Shown: in pieces, positions 51,715 through 64,000 of the stretch | Position numbering within the stretch: the first letter of the stretch is position 1 | Layout of the letters: each line of letters starts with the position of its first letter | DNA from: Pseudomonas sp. PIC25 | GTDB lineage: Bacteria > Pseudomonadota > Gammaproteobacteria > Pseudomonadales > Pseudomonadaceae | Assembly (NCBI RefSeq): GCF_002286785.1 | Contig: NZ_MUJY01000041.1 | Coordinates: 46,710 to 110,709 of the forward strand | Length of the DNA: 64,000 bases | Direction of reading: 5' to 3' | Program-made: the position numbers and the translations under genes | Notes under the pieces: model-generated | Database searches by the model: none | What the model was told of the DNA's origin: nothing | Seen by the model: only the letters and a program-made list of their open reading frames with translations

Positions 51715-53250
51715 TCAATCGGCCAGCTTGGCGGCCAGCGCCTGGACACGCTTCAGGTCGCCCTTGGCTACCTTGGTCAGCCCCGCGCCGTACTCGGCAT
51801 CCGCCTTGTAGAAGAACGACAGCATGATGTGCTTGCTCTCGTCATCGACATCGGCCAGGGCGCCGCCCAGGCTGGCGATCAGGTCCTGGCGGTCCTTCTG
51901 GCTGTAGGAGCGGTATAGCTCGCCGGCCTGCTTGAAGTTCTGCTCGCGTTGGATCTTCGCCTGCTGGGTGGTGCCGGTCAGCGGCAACCGGCTGTAGCGC
52001 GCATGGGCAGTTTCCTCACGCGGCATCAGGCGGCTCGGCTGGTAGTTGACGCCGCTGGTGCTGTGGCCGCTGTTCATCGCGCCATCCTGGTTACCGTTGT
52101 TCACCTCCACCTTCGGCCTGTTCACCGGCAATTGCAGGCCATTAGCGCCGAGGCGATACATCTGGGTATCGGCATAGGAGAACACCCGGCCCTGGAGCAG
52201 GCGATCCTCGGAGGGTTCTATGCCCGGCACCAAGTTGGCCGGCGCCATGGCGACCTGCTCGGTTTCCTGGAACACGTTGTCCGGATTCTTGTTCAGCACC
52301 ATCTGGCCGATCTTCCGCTCGGGCACGTTCGGCCAGATCTTGGTGGCGTCCAGCGGATCGAAGTCGAAAGTGGGCAGGTCCTCCGGCTTCAGGATCTGGA
52401 TGTACAGGTCCCATTTCGGGAAGTCGCCCTTGTCGATAGCGGCGATCAGGTCGCGGGTCATGTGGCTGTAATCCTGCGACTGGACCTGGGCCACTTCACG
52501 CGGATCGAGGTTCTTCTGGCCTTGCAGGCTCTTCCAGTGGAACTTGACGTAGTGCACCTCACCCTTGGCATTAACCAGCTTGTAGGCATGCACGCCGTTG
52601 CCGTCCATCTGCCGGTAGCTGGCCGGGGTGCCTTCATTGGAGAAGAGCTGGGTCAGGGTGCGGGTAGCTTCCGGGATGTGCGAGAAGAAATCGAAGGTCC
52701 GTGCGTTGTCGTCCAGGTTGGTCTGCGGGTTCGGCTTGAACGCATGGACCATGTCAGGGAACTTGATGGCGTCGCGGATGAAGAAAGTCGGGAAGTTGTT
52801 GCCGACCAAGTCCCAGTTGCCTTCGGCGGTGTAGAACTTGGTGGCGAAGCCGCGCGGATCGCGCAGGGTTTCCGGCGAATGGTTGCCGTGCACCACGCTG
52901 GAGAAACGTACGAAGACCGGTGTCTTGCTGCCTTTCTCGAAGACCTTGGCGACGGTCAGATCGGAGATGTCGGCGGTGGCGACGAATTCGCCGCGGGCCC
53001 CGGTACCACGGGCGTGTACCACGCGTTCTGGAATGCGTTCGCGGTCGAAGCGTTGCAGCTTCTGGATCAATTGCACGTCCTGCAACAGGGTCGGACCGCT
53101 GGCACCGGCGGTCTGCGAGTTCTGGTTGTCCCCCACCGGGGCGCCGTTGTCACGGGTCAGCGGGGCGGCCTGGATGGCGCAGGCCAGGAGGCCGGCCGCC
53201 ACGCCCGTCAGCAGACGGCTGGGCATGAAGGCACGCAAGGCAATGGTCAT
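51715..53250 (-). CDS. katB: Periplasmic monofunctional catalase KatB
   Basis: Signal peptide, then a haem-catalase core (RERIPERVVHARGTGARGEF...). Forms an operon with ankB. Confidence 0.9.
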   Translation of the reverse strand: MTIALRAFMPSRLLTGVAAGLLACAIQAAPLTRDNGAPVGDNQNSQTAGASGPTLLQDVQLIQKLQRFDRERIPERVVHARGTGARGEFVATADISDLTVAKVFEKGSKTPVFVRFSSVVHGNHSPETLRDPRGFATKFYTAEGNWDLVGNNFPTFFIRDAIKFPDMVHAFKPNPQTNLDDNARTFDFFSHIPEATRTLTQLFSNEGTPASYRQMDGNGVHAYKLVNAKGEVHYVKFHWKSLQGQKNLDPREVAQVQSQDYSHMTRDLIAAIDKGDFPKWDLYIQILKPEDLPTFDFDPLDATKIWPNVPERKIGQMVLNKNPDNVFQETEQVAMAPANLVPGIEPSEDRLLQGRVFSYADTQMYRLGANGLQLPVNRPKVEVNNGNQDGAMNSGHSTSGVNYQPSRLMPREETAHARYSRLPLTGTTQQAKIQREQNFKQAGELYRSYSQKDRQDLIASLGGALADVDDESKHIMLSFFYKADAEYGAGLTKVAKGDLKRVQALAAKLAD

Positions 53251-53549
53251 GGTTTTCCCTCTTTATTGGTCTCGAATGGCGCGTTCCAGAGCCGTTGGAT
53301 CTCTCTGGCAGGCGCTACGCAAGGCTAGGCGCGGCCGGACTGGTTTCTAAATTGAAAAAGCCCAAGGCGGCCATAGGGAGATTCCATGGGAAAACGGGAG
53401 GTACGACACGGCGAGACGCGACCAATTCGGGAACCACGCCAAGGCGGCCGGGTCATTAACTCGGGCCGACGTGCCGGCAGCGAGCCGGCAGACCGCGTCC
53501 GGCTGGATTAAACTGCCCGGCATCTTCAGTCAAAACAGGGAGTCCCCGC

Positions 53550-53966
53550 ATGAGTCTGCTCAGCGAATTCAAGGCCTTCGCCGTACGCGGCAACGTGGTC
53601 GACATGGCGGTAGGTATCATCATCGGCGCAGCCTTTGGGAAGATCGTGTCGTCCTTCGTCGGCGACGTGATCATGCCGCCACTGGGCATTCTCATCGGCG
53701 GAGTGGACTTCTCCGACCTGGCCATCGTGCTCAAGGCCGCCGAAGGCGACGCCCCCGCCGTGACCCTCGCCTATGGCAAGTTCATCCAGACGGTGGTGGA
53801 CTTCATCATCATCGCCTTCGCTATCTTTATGGGCGTTAAGGCGATCAACCACCTCAAGCGCAAGGAAGCCGAAGCCCCTAGCGCCCCGCCTGCGCCGAGC
53901 AAGGAAGAACTCCTGCTGACGGAAATCCGCGATCTGCTGAAGGCGCAGAACGACCGCCAAGGCTGA
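53550..53966 (+). CDS. mscL: Large-conductance mechanosensitive channel
   Basis: [46 protein letters not shown]. Confidence 0.9.
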   Translation: MSLLSEFKAFAVRGNVVDMAVGIIIGAAFGKIVSSFVGDVIMPPLGILIGGVDFSDLAIVLKAAEGDAPAVTLAYGKFIQTVVDFIIIAFAIFMGVKAINHLKRKEAEAPSAPPAPSKEELLLTEIRDLLKAQNDRQG

Positions 53967-53984
53967 CGGCCCTACTCCACGCGT

Positions 53985-54761
53985 CTACCAGTAGTTTTCC
54001 ACCGCCACCTGCCCGGGCCGCCGGGTCAGGCTGAGTTGCATGCCGCGGGTCTTCAACAATGCGCGGCAGTCCTCGATCATCTGCGGGTTGCCGCACAGCA
54101 TCAGCCGCGAATGCTGCGGGTCCAGCGACAGGCCTGCGGCGCGCTCCAGCTCGCCGCTCTCGATCAGCGTGGTGATACGTCCGCGCAGCGCACCGGGCAC
54201 TTCTTCCCGGGTGACCACCGGCAGGTAGGCCAGCTTGCGGCCCGCGCCTTCCAAGTAGTCGCGCGTGGGTATCTCCCGGATCAGCGCCTGATAGGCCAGC
54301 TCGCTGGCAGTGCGAGCGCTGTAGACCAGCAGGATGCGCTCGAAGCGCCTCCAGACCTCCATGTCCTGCAGGATCGAGAGGAACGGCGCCAGCCCGGTGC
54401 CGGTGGCCAGCAACCAGAGGTCGCGCCCGTCGGGGAAGCGGTCCAGGGTGAGGAAGCCGAAGGCCTGCTTGTCCACCAGCAGCGGATCGCCGGCGCGCAG
54501 ACGGCTCAGTTCGCTGGTGAACTCACCGCCCGGGACCACGATGGAAAAGAACTCGAGGTAGTCGTCATGGGGTGCCGAGACCATCGAGTAGGCACGCCAG
54601 ACCACATTGCCGTCGGCCTTGCGCACGCCCAGGCGGGCGAACTGGCCGGCACGGAAGCGAAATCCGGAGGCCCGCGTACAGCGCAGGCTGAACAGGTTCG
54701 GCGACCAGGTATGGACGTCCAGTAGCGTCTCGCGGGTGTACTTGTCTTCGCTGGCTGTCAT
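53985..54761 (-). CDS. fpr: Ferredoxin-NADP+ reductase
   Basis: FAD-binding motif (RAYSMVS) and NADP-binding motif (LLATGTGLAPF), 258 aa. The track ORF is extended upstream. Confidence 0.8.
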   Translation of the reverse strand: MTASEDKYTRETLLDVHTWSPNLFSLRCTRASGFRFRAGQFARLGVRKADGNVVWRAYSMVSAPHDDYLEFFSIVVPGGEFTSELSRLRAGDPLLVDKQAFGFLTLDRFPDGRDLWLLATGTGLAPFLSILQDMEVWRRFERILLVYSARTASELAYQALIREIPTRDYLEGAGRKLAYLPVVTREEVPGALRGRITTLIESGELERAAGLSLDPQHSRLMLCGNPQMIEDCRALLKTRGMQLSLTRRPGQVAVENYW

Positions 54762-54883
54762 GTCCGCCCCCAGGGGATTCGACTCGACGGTGGCACGACC
54801 GGCAACGCTGCCGGCCCTGCCGAGCCCATCCAGTGTCCCCCAAAGCGCGCGCAGCAAACACCCTCGGACAGCAGGGCCTTATA

Positions 54884-56143
<1,260 letters not shown>

Positions 56144-56200
56144 TCATGCCAGTTCTAACCTTTCGTCGGAAAACCCCGATCCAGACGCACAGAGCCCTCG

Positions 56201-57331
56201 ATGTCCCTACTCACCTCGCCGTTCGCCCAGCTCGACCTGATCCGCCAGCCCGAGCAACCGAACGATCCGTTGCAAGCCTTCGACGCCGCCGACGAATACC
56301 TGCTGAGCCAGCTCCATGCCCAGGCGCTGCCCGCCGACATCCGCATCCTGGTGTTGAATGACAGCTTCGGCGCCCTGGCCGCGTCCCTCGCCACACAGAT
56401 GCAGGTGACCAGCAGCGGCGACTCGCACCTGGCGCACCTGGCATTGGCCAAGAACCTCACGCGCAACGGCCTGCCCGTCGATGCGGTGCGTTTCGTCCCG
56501 GCCAACGAAATCCTCGCCGGCCCCTTCGACCGGGTGTTGGTCCGGGTGCCGAAGACCCTGGCGTTGCTGGAGGAGCAACTGATCCGCCTGCACGGCCAGT
56601 TGGCGCCAGGCGCGCAAGTGGTAGCCGGTGCCATGATCAAGCACCTGCCACGTGCGGCAGGCGATCTACTGGAAAAGTACATCGGCCCGGTCCAGGCCTC
56701 GCTGGCGGTGAAGAAAGCGCGCCTGTTACAGGCCATGCCAGAGGCAAGGCCGACGCCGGTCTCGCCCTACCCCAGCCGCTACCGCCTGGAACAACCGCGC
56801 CTCGAACTGCTCAACCACGCCAACCTGTTCTGCCGCGAAGGCCTGGACATCGGCACCCGAGCCTTCCTGCCGCATCTGCCGACCGATCTGGGCGATGCCC
56901 GGGTGGCCGACCTCGGCTGCGGCAACGGGGTGATCGGCATCGTCTGTGCGCTGGCCAATCCGAACGCACACCTGACCCTGGTGGACGAGTCCTACATGGC
57001 GGTGCAGTCGGCCAGGGAAAACTGGCAGGCCGCGTTGGGCGACCGCCCGGCGGATATCCGCGCCGACGACGGGCTGGCCAGCCAAGCGGAGGATTCGCTG
57101 GACCTGGTGCTGTGCAATCCACCGTTCCATCAGCAGCAGGTGGTAGGAGACTTCCTTGCCTGGCGCATGTTCCAGCAGGCCAAGGCGGCGCTGGCGAAAG
57201 GCGGCGAGCTACGTATCGTCGGCAACCGCCACCTGGGCTATCACCTCAAGCTCAAGCGCCTCTTCGGCAACGTCGAGCAGATCGCCGCGACGCCCAAGTT
57301 CGTCATCCTCGGCGCGCGCAAGCGCACCTGA
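56201..57331 (+). CDS. rlmG: 23S rRNA m2G1835 methyltransferase RlmG
   Basis: Two-domain methyltransferase with an RlmG-like N-terminus (LQAFDAADEYLLSQL) and an NPPF catalytic motif. Confidence 0.75.
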   Translation: MSLLTSPFAQLDLIRQPEQPNDPLQAFDAADEYLLSQLHAQALPADIRILVLNDSFGALAASLATQMQVTSSGDSHLAHLALAKNLTRNGLPVDAVRFVPANEILAGPFDRVLVRVPKTLALLEEQLIRLHGQLAPGAQVVAGAMIKHLPRAAGDLLEKYIGPVQASLAVKKARLLQAMPEARPTPVSPYPSRYRLEQPRLELLNHANLFCREGLDIGTRAFLPHLPTDLGDARVADLGCGNGVIGIVCALANPNAHLTLVDESYMAVQSARENWQAALGDRPADIRADDGLASQAEDSLDLVLCNPPFHQQQVVGDFLAWRMFQQAKAALAKGGELRIVGNRHLGYHLKLKRLFGNVEQIAATPKFVILGARKRT

Positions 57332-57904
57332 TCAGGCGAGCGCCGCCGGCGTGTCCGCATCGCGCAGCACGCCGTGGTCATCCACCTCGAGCCCGAGCCA
57401 GGCTTCCTCATGGTCCTCCAGCACCCGGCGCGCGCCCTGGCCGGTGAGGGTCATCATTTCCTGCCAGTAGCGACGGCCGAACAGCACCGGATGGCCGCGC
57501 TGGCCGTCATGCAGCGGAAAAACGATGCGGTCGACGTCGGCCGACTCGGCCAGATGGCGCAGGCTGGCGTCGGCGATCCAAGGCATGTCGCCCAGCATGA
57601 CCGCAATGGCACGGAAGCGCTCCTCGACCAGCGCCGCCACCCCCGCCGCCAGGCTGTGACCCATGCCGAGATCGGCATCGGCGCAGCGGATCACCCGCAC
57701 GCCAGACGGCACACCCAACGCCTCGGCCTCGTCGTCGGAGCGCAGCACCACCGCCACCTCGGGAAAATTGCGCTGGGCTAGCGCCAGGGTAGCTGCCAGC
57801 AGCGGCAGGCCGTCCGGCAACCGGGCGGCGCGCTTGTCGCTGCCGAAACGGCGCGAACGACCGGCGGCCAGGACCAGGGCGATGACCTGCGGCAAGGCAT
57901 GCAT
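57332..57904 (-). CDS. MobA-like nucleotidyltransferase (molybdenum cofactor cytidylyltransferase MocA-like)
   Basis: LVLAAGRSRRFGSDK N-terminal NTP-transferase motif. Adjacent to the molybdo-oxidoreductase genes. Confidence 0.65.
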   Translation of the reverse strand: MHALPQVIALVLAAGRSRRFGSDKRAARLPDGLPLLAATLALAQRNFPEVAVVLRSDDEAEALGVPSGVRVIRCADADLGMGHSLAAGVAALVEERFRAIAVMLGDMPWIADASLRHLAESADVDRIVFPLHDGQRGHPVLFGRRYWQEMMTLTGQGARRVLEDHEEAWLGLEVDDHGVLRDADTPAALA

Positions 57905-58248
57905 ATCGAATCTCCGAAACGTGAAAACGCTAATAGAGCCTAGCCGAACGCGAGATGTCGATGTCTTGATGCCGGGCCTGGCTTATAGGGTCGAATTCGT
58001 TCGACCAAACCCATCATCGCCGGGCGGATGAATTCGCCCCGGCGCGCACTGGCTTTTCGTAGGAGCCAGCTCTGCTGACGAAGCTTTTGCGCGCCCCATC
58101 GCGAGCAGAACTCGCTCCTGCACGGGGACCAAATCGATTCAAAAAGCTTGACCATTCGATCAGCGAACGCTCTGTTGCACCGATGCAACCACTCCCCCTA
58201 TTCAGGCGTGCTAACCTCGCCCGCTTCTCTCCTGTCTATCGAATCCGC

Positions 58249-59493
58249 ATGTCCACCCACGGCAAACTGCTGCTGCGTCATCACCGTCCGTTCCTCGCAT
58301 TCTGGCTCGCCCGCGTCTGCACGGCGAGCGGCTTCCAGATGCTCACCGTGGCCATCGGCTGGCATCTGTACGCATTGACCGGCAGCGTGCTCGACCTCGG
58401 CCTGGTTGGGCTGGTGGAGTTCCTGCCGCGTGTGCTGTTCATGCTACACACCGGCCATGTGGCGGATCGCTACGACCGGCGTCGGATCGCCGCGCTCTGC
58501 CAGAGCGCCCAGGCGCTGATCGCCATTGCGCTGGTGCTGGGCAGCGCCAGCGACGCGGTGACCCGCGAGATGATCTTCGTCCTTGCCTTTCTCCTCGGCG
58601 CGGCCCGTGCCTTCGAGATGCCGACCACCCAGGCGCTGCTGCCAAGCCTGGTGCCGGCGGCCCTGTTTCCCGCCGCCGTAGCCGCATCGGCCTCGGCGAT
58701 ACAGGCGGCGACCATCGTCGCCCCGGCCCTCGGCGGCCTGCTCTACGCCTTCGGCGCCTTTTGGGTGTATGTACCGACGGCGCTGCTCTACATCCTCGCC
58801 TGCGCCCTGATGCTCGGGCTGCCTAACCATCACGTGCCGCGCAAGGCCGAACCCGCCACGCTGCACAACCTGCTCGGCGGCATCCGCTTCATCCGCAGCC
58901 GGCCGGACATCTTCGGCGCCATCTCCCTGGACATGTTCGCCGTGCTGCTCGGCGGCGCCACCGCGCTGCTGCCGGTGTTCGCCAAGGACATCCTGCTCAC
59001 CGGTCCCTGGGGCCTCGGCCTGCTGCGCTCGGCGCCGGCGGTGGGCGCGTTGCTGATGTCGTTCTGGCTGGCGCGCTTCCCTATCGAGCGCCAGGTCGGG
59101 CGGACCATGTTCATTTCGGTGGGTATCTTCGGCGTCGCGACTATCGCCTTCGGCCTGTCCACCAGTTTCTGGTTCAGTCTGCTGGTGCTGGCCATCCTCG
59201 GCGCGGCGGACATGATCAGCATGGTCATCCGCGGCGCCTTCGTGCAATTGGAGACACCGGACGAGATGCGCGGCCGGGTCAGCGCGGTGAATGGCCTGTT
59301 CATCGGCGCATCCAACCAGCTCGGCGAGTTCGAGTCGGGCGTCACCGCCGCCTGGTTCGGCACCGTGCCGGCGGTGGTGCTGGGCGGAGTCGGCACGCTG
59401 CTGGTGACCGGCCTGTGGATCAAGCTGTTCCCGACCCTGGCGCAGCGGGATCACATGCAGCGCCCCGAGGCGGGGCGAGCCACTGAGTCATAG
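58249..59493 (+). CDS. MFS transporter
   Basis: About 12 TM helices in an MFS_1-like arrangement, 414 aa. Confidence 0.7.
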   Translation: MSTHGKLLLRHHRPFLAFWLARVCTASGFQMLTVAIGWHLYALTGSVLDLGLVGLVEFLPRVLFMLHTGHVADRYDRRRIAALCQSAQALIAIALVLGSASDAVTREMIFVLAFLLGAARAFEMPTTQALLPSLVPAALFPAAVAASASAIQAATIVAPALGGLLYAFGAFWVYVPTALLYILACALMLGLPNHHVPRKAEPATLHNLLGGIRFIRSRPDIFGAISLDMFAVLLGGATALLPVFAKDILLTGPWGLGLLRSAPAVGALLMSFWLARFPIERQVGRTMFISVGIFGVATIAFGLSTSFWFSLLVLAILGAADMISMVIRGAFVQLETPDEMRGRVSAVNGLFIGASNQLGEFESGVTAAWFGTVPAVVLGGVGTLLVTGLWIKLFPTLAQRDHMQRPEAGRATES

Positions 59494-61695
59494 GAGTTTG
59501 TCCAGGGTGATCGGCAGCTCCCGCACCCTTCGCCCGGTAGCGTGGTAGACGGCATTGGCCACCGCCGCGGCGACTCCGACGATACCGATCTCGCCGACGC
59601 CCTTGGAGCCCAGGGCGTTGACCACCGGGTCCTCTTCCTCGACGAAGAGCACCTCGATCTCGCCAATGTCGGCATGCACCGGCACGTGATACTCGGCGAG
59701 GTCGTGGTTCATGTAGCGACCGAGCCGGTGGTCGATCAGGGTTTCCTCCTGCAGCGCCATGCCGATGCCCCACACCACGCCACCGAGGATCTGGCTGCGC
59801 GCGGTCTTCGGGTTCACCACACGGCCGGCGGCGACCGCGCTGACCACCCGGCTGACCCGCACCCGGCCGAGCGCCTCGTCCACCCGTACCTCGACGAACA
59901 CCGCCGAGTGGGTGGCGCTGGAGAACGCCTCGCGGCGAGGATCGGGCTTGGCGTCCACACGCGCCTCCAGCGGGGCGCCGCTGCCGATCAGATCGCTCAG
60001 TTCGATGGCCTGGTCAGGATCGTCGCGCCGGTTCAACCGGCCTCCGGCGAAGCACACCTGCTCCAACGTCAGCCCAGTGAAGGCCGAACCGGGTCGCTGG
60101 CGGGCGATGTCGAACAGCTTGTTCTTCAGCGCCGCGCACGCCTGCTGCACCGCCGTACCCACCGACGACACCGTGGCGGAGCCGCCTTGCAGTGGCGCGG
60201 TGGGCAGGCTGGAGTCGCCCAGGCGGAACGCCACGCGCTCCACCGGCAGGCCGAATTCGGCGGCGGCAATCTGGGTCATCGCCGTGTAGGTGCCAGTGCC
60301 GATATCGGTGGTCGCACTACTCACCCGCAGGATGCCGTCGCCCCCCAGGCTGGCCTTGGCGCTGGCCGGCATCTGCAAGGCCTCCCAGACGCCACCGGCC
60401 ATGCCCCAGCCGATCAGTTCATGGCCGTCACGCAGACTGCGCGGCTCCAGCGGGCGCCGGCTCCAGCCGAAGCGCTCGGCGCCCTGCCGGTAGCAATCGC
60501 GCAGAGCCTTGCTGGAGAACGGTTTGCCTTCGTTCTGGTTGGTTTCCGCGTAATTCAACAGGCGCAGTTGCAGCGGGTCGATGGCCACCGCGCAGGCCAG
60601 TTCGTCCATCGCGCATTCGAGGGCATACAGGCCCAACGCGGCACCGGGGGCGCGCATGTCCAGCGGGGTATGCACGTCCAGCGGCACCAGGCGGTAGTCG
60701 AGGCGGACGTTGTCGCACTGGTAGAGCATGCCGGACCACTCCACCACATGCTCGGTGAAATCCTCGAAGCGCGAGGTCTGCCCGATCGCCAAGTGTTCGA
60801 TCCCCTGTAGCCGCCCGTTGGCAGCCGCTCCCAGACGCAAGCGCTGGATGGTGCGCGGCCGGTAACCGAAGGTGAACATCTGCGAGCGGCTGAGCACCAC
60901 TCGCACCGAGCGGCCGAGCTTGAGCGCAGCCATCACCGCCAGCGTCAACTGGTACTGCGGCCGCAGCCCGGAGCCGAACGCACCACCGACGAAGGCGGCA
61001 CAGACCCGGACGCGCTTCGGGTCCAGGCCGAACACCTGGCAGATGTAGCCCTGGCTGTTCTGCGTGCCCTGGGTCTTGTCGTGTATCAGCAGGCTGCCGT
61101 CGGGCTGCACCAGCACCGTCGAAGCATGGGGTTCGAGCGGGTTGTGATGCTCCACCGGCGACAGGTACTCCACCTCAATGCACAGCGCCGAGCCGGCCAG
61201 CGCGGCGTCCGCATCACCGCGTGCCGGCGGCAGCTTGGCCGGTGCGGCGTGGGCATGCTCGAGCAAGCTGCACAGGTCGGTCTCGTGCGCCTCTTCTTCA
61301 TACTCCACATGCACCAGGGAAGCGGCGTAGCGCGCCAGCTCCGGGGTGTCCGCCACCACCAGGGCGACCGGTTGCCCGCTGTAGAGAATGCGTTCGTCAT
61401 ACAGCGGGCGGAACGGCGAGCCCTCGGCGGCATCGGCATCCTCGTAGCTTTCATCGTCGGCGGCCATCCGTGGGCGGTTGCGGTGGCTGAGCACCAGGTG
61501 CACCCCGGCGACGTCCATGGCGTCCTCGGCGTCGATGGCTAGGATGCGTCCCCGGGCGATGCGACTGCCCAGCACACAGCCATGCAGCAGACCGGGTTCC
61601 GTGAACTCGGCGGCATAGCGCGCCTGGCCGGTCACCTTGCTCACTCCATCGACACGATCGAGGGGCTGCCCCAGGGGCGAACGGACGACAGTCAT
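59488..61695 (-). CDS. Xanthine dehydrogenase/aldehyde oxidase family molybdopterin-binding subunit
   Basis: 735-aa large subunit with Ald_Xan_dh_C-type motifs. Coupled to the upstream FAD subunit by an ATGA overlap. Confidence 0.8.
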   Translation of the reverse strand: MTVVRSPLGQPLDRVDGVSKVTGQARYAAEFTEPGLLHGCVLGSRIARGRILAIDAEDAMDVAGVHLVLSHRNRPRMAADDESYEDADAAEGSPFRPLYDERILYSGQPVALVVADTPELARYAASLVHVEYEEEAHETDLCSLLEHAHAAPAKLPPARGDADAALAGSALCIEVEYLSPVEHHNPLEPHASTVLVQPDGSLLIHDKTQGTQNSQGYICQVFGLDPKRVRVCAAFVGGAFGSGLRPQYQLTLAVMAALKLGRSVRVVLSRSQMFTFGYRPRTIQRLRLGAAANGRLQGIEHLAIGQTSRFEDFTEHVVEWSGMLYQCDNVRLDYRLVPLDVHTPLDMRAPGAALGLYALECAMDELACAVAIDPLQLRLLNYAETNQNEGKPFSSKALRDCYRQGAERFGWSRRPLEPRSLRDGHELIGWGMAGGVWEALQMPASAKASLGGDGILRVSSATTDIGTGTYTAMTQIAAAEFGLPVERVAFRLGDSSLPTAPLQGGSATVSSVGTAVQQACAALKNKLFDIARQRPGSAFTGLTLEQVCFAGGRLNRRDDPDQAIELSDLIGSGAPLEARVDAKPDPRREAFSSATHSAVFVEVRVDEALGRVRVSRVVSAVAAGRVVNPKTARSQILGGVVWGIGMALQEETLIDHRLGRYMNHDLAEYHVPVHADIGEIEVLFVEEEDPVVNALGSKGVGEIGIVGVAAAVANAVYHATGRRVRELPITLDKLL

Positions 61696-62678
61696 GGGCG
61701 GCCACCTCCAATGGCATCGCTCAGGGCGCGGACGATGCAGCGCCGCGCCAGTTCGATCTTGAAGCCGTTGTGCGTCAGCGGCTGCGCGTCGCGCAACAGG
61801 ATGTCGGCGGCAGCATGGAAACTCGCCTCGACCGGCGGCTGGCCGATCAGCGCGACCTCCGCCGCGCTGTCACGCCAGGGCTTATGGGCCACCCCGCCGA
61901 CAGCGATGCGTGCCTCGCGAATGAGCCCGCCGTCCAGCTCCAGCAACGCCGCCACCGAGACCAAGGCGAAGGCATAGGACGCCCGGTCACGCACCTTGAG
62001 GTAGGTGCAATGCGAGGCGAAACCGGCCGGGGGCATCTCGACCGCAGTGATCAGCTCCCCCTCCTCCAGGTTGTTGTCCTGGTGTGGTGTGTCGCCGGGC
62101 AGGCGGTGGAAATCGGCGAACGGGATACGCCGCTCGCCCTCCGGCCCGGCCACTATCACCCGCGCCTCCAATGCCGCCAGGGCCACGCACATGTCCGAGG
62201 GATGAGTGGCCACGCAGTGCTCGCTGGCACCGAGAATCGCATGGGTGCGGTTGAGCCCGTCGCGGGCCGCGCAGCCGCTGCCGGGCTCGCGTTTGTTGCA
62301 GGGTGTGGCGGTGTCGTAGAAGTAGTAGCAGCGGGTGCGTTGCAGCAGGTTGCCGCCTGTGCTGGCCATGTTGCGCAGTTGCGGCGAGGCACCGGCCAGG
62401 ATCGCCCGGGACAACAGCGGATAACGCCGCAGCACTTCGGGGTGCCGGGCCAGTTCGGCGTTGCTCACCAGCGCGCCGATCAGCAAGCCGCCATCGCCGG
62501 TAGGGGCGATGCCTCGCAACGGCAGGCCGGTGATGTCGATCAGCAGCTTCGGACGCAGCACGTCCTGCTTCATCAGGTCGAGCAGGTTGGTGCCGCCGGC
62601 AATGAAACGCGCGCCGGGCCCGGCCAGCGCCAGGGCTTCGTCCAGCGCGGCGGGCTTGCGGTAGGCGAACGGGCTCAT
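61692..62678 (-). CDS. Molybdo-oxidoreductase FAD-binding subunit (CoxM/PaoB-like)
   Basis: FAD_binding_5 motif ([14 protein letters not shown]), 328 aa. The track ORF is extended upstream. Confidence 0.75.
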   Translation of the reverse strand: MSPFAYRKPAALDEALALAGPGARFIAGGTNLLDLMKQDVLRPKLLIDITGLPLRGIAPTGDGGLLIGALVSNAELARHPEVLRRYPLLSRAILAGASPQLRNMASTGGNLLQRTRCYYFYDTATPCNKREPGSGCAARDGLNRTHAILGASEHCVATHPSDMCVALAALEARVIVAGPEGERRIPFADFHRLPGDTPHQDNNLEEGELITAVEMPPAGFASHCTYLKVRDRASYAFALVSVAALLELDGGLIREARIAVGGVAHKPWRDSAAEVALIGQPPVEASFHAAADILLRDAQPLTHNGFKIELARRCIVRALSDAIGGGRP

Positions 62679-63193
62679 TCCGGCCTCCGTTCGTCGTCGG
62701 CCAGCACCTGCTCGATGGCGGCGAGGATGTTGGGATAAGCGCCGCAGCGACACAAGTTGCCGCTCATGGCCTCGCGGATCTGGTCGGACGTGCGCGCCTC
62801 GCCTTCGACAATCAGGCCGAGCGCCGAACAGATCTGGCCTGGCGTACAGTAACCGCACTGAAACGCATCATGTTCGATGAACGCTGCCTGCAACGGGTGC
62901 AGGGCATCGCCCTCGGCCAGCCCTTCGACGGTGATCACCTCGGCGCTTTCGTGCATCACCGCCAGGGTCAGGCAGGCATTGATCCGGTGGCCATTCACTA
63001 GCACCGTGCAGGCGCCGCATTGGCCGTGGTCGCAGCCCTTCTTGCTGCCGGTCAGGCCGAGCCGGTCACGCAACAGATCGAGCAACGTGACCCAGGGCTG
63101 AACCTCGACCCGCCGGCGCTGGCCGTTGACGGTCAAGGTGACGGGATGAGCGGCGAAGCGGCCTTCGTCCTCGTCCGTGGCGGTCGCGTTCAT
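62675..63193 (-). CDS. Molybdo-oxidoreductase 2Fe-2S ferredoxin subunit (CoxS/PaoA-like)
   Basis: [11 protein letters not shown] and CGYCTPG iron-sulfur motifs. Confidence 0.8.
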   Translation of the reverse strand: MNATATDEDEGRFAAHPVTLTVNGQRRRVEVQPWVTLLDLLRDRLGLTGSKKGCDHGQCGACTVLVNGHRINACLTLAVMHESAEVITVEGLAEGDALHPLQAAFIEHDAFQCGYCTPGQICSALGLIVEGEARTSDQIREAMSGNLCRCGAYPNILAAIEQVLADDERRPE

Positions 63194-63366
63194 AGGCACC
63201 TCGGCAGAAGGCATCGGTACGGCGACAAACCAACCAAGCGCCGGCAATCGCCCCTAAGGTACGACTGCCCGAGGAAAACAAACGTTCAGCTCAGGGAGTA
63301 ACAAGACGGCAGCCCCCAAGATAGAGAGGCTGCGAGAAAAAACGGAGTGGGACGATAGTACCCGTA

Positions 63367-63918
63367 CTACGCCAACAGCCCCTTGGCGACCTCGTGGCGC
63401 TTGCCCTTGCCGGCCAGCCGCTCGACCAGGGCGAGGGCGAAGGCCATGGCGGTTGCCGGGCCCTGGCTGGTGATGCAGTTGCCGTCCACCACCACCGGCT
63501 CGTCGACGAATACGCAGCCGGACAGGCGGTCGCTGAACGACGGGTAGCAAGTCATCCGCCGCCCTTTGAGCACGCCGTAGGTCTGCAGGGCCAGCACCGG
63601 CGCCGCGCAGAGGGCGGCGTAATCCTTGCCGGCGGCGGCCTGCTGGCGCACCCGCTCGGCCAGCGGCTGATGGCCGCCGAGGCGTTCGGCGCCGGTTCCG
63701 CCGCCGGGCAGGACGATCAGGTCGAAGTCCTGGGCCAGCACGTCGAGCAGCATGGCATCGGCGGTCAGGCGCGTCCCCCGGGCGCAGGTGATCATGCGCC
63801 GGTCCTCGATACTGGCCACCAGCACCTCGACCTCGGCCCGGCGCAGCACGTCGAGGATGGTCACGGTTTCGATATCTTCCACGCCGTCGGCGACGGCGAG
63901 CAGGGCTCGGGCGGTCAT
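63367..63918 (-). CDS. DJ-1/PfpI family protein
   Basis: DJ-1 fold with the nucleophile-elbow cysteine in AALCAAPVLAL. Confidence 0.7.
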   Translation of the reverse strand: MTARALLAVADGVEDIETVTILDVLRRAEVEVLVASIEDRRMITCARGTRLTADAMLLDVLAQDFDLIVLPGGGTGAERLGGHQPLAERVRQQAAAGKDYAALCAAPVLALQTYGVLKGRRMTCYPSFSDRLSGCVFVDEPVVVDGNCITSQGPATAMAFALALVERLAGKGKRHEVAKGLLA

Positions 63919-64000
63919 GGCAATTCCTCCATCGGTAAACGTTTGCTGCTCGTCCGGTCAGAAATTCTCCGCCACCGGGCAAGCTGGTATCATGCGCCGC

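Noticed and set aside
59542-60810. 422-aa ORF on the plus strand
   Set aside because: It is antisense to the molybdopterin-subunit gene. Its His/Arg/Gly-rich composition is not protein-like.

Overview
High-GC (~64-65%) gamma-proteobacterial chromosome segment whose gene order matches Pseudomonas of the P. aeruginosa group (species not determined). It is mostly conserved core genes, interrupted by one unusual locus.

Gene content by coordinate:
- 1-8450: the 3' end of a PilR-like sigma-54 response regulator, a ThiO-like oxidase, and a type IV minor-pilin cluster (pilE, pilY1, pilX, pilW, pilV, fimU on the minus strand, fimT divergent, no pilY2).
- 8468-21292: the ribF-ileS-lspA-fkpB-ispH operon, murJ, rpsT, creA, proB, obg, rplU-rpmA and ispB.
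- 21400-29160: small hypothetical genes, fklB, yqhA, a Lon-like AAA+ protease, a TraR/DksA-family protein and an interrupted DUF4105 gene.
- 29159-37043: an expanded RtcR-controlled RNA-repair island (detailed below).
- 37100-63918: a PBP7-like endopeptidase, ettA, a MorA-like PAS/GGDEF/EAL giant, glyA, a PilZ protein, radA, two DUF465 paralogs, katB-ankB, mscL, fpr, dctP, rlmG, a mocA-like gene, an MFS transporter, a three-subunit molybdo-oxidoreductase and a DJ-1 family protein.

The most interesting locus is the rtc island. Downstream of a divergent rtcR gene and an AT-rich upstream region sits a TGGCAC-N5-TCGCT sigma-54 promoter. Its leader carries two abutting tRNA-like RNA modules with canonical D- and T-arms, but a 6-bp triloop hairpin where the anticodon arm should be. 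The operon then encodes a TM-less SPFH protein, RtcB, a 447-aa HEAT-repeat protein, a 205-aa unknown protein, a possible 38-aa upstream ORF, and a frameshifted rtcA.

Other observations:
- A duplicated DnaA-box-like inverted-repeat motif lies in the promoter regions of yqhA and a small hypothetical gene.
- A Fur-box-like operator precedes a small ORF.
- Two apparent frameshifts (rtcA and the DUF4105 gene) fall at short C/G runs.
- No IS elements, CRISPR arrays, rRNA or canonical tRNA genes were seen.
- Many long ORFs in the six-frame track are antisense or wrong-frame artefacts of the high GC content, and several true starts lie well inside the listed ORFs.
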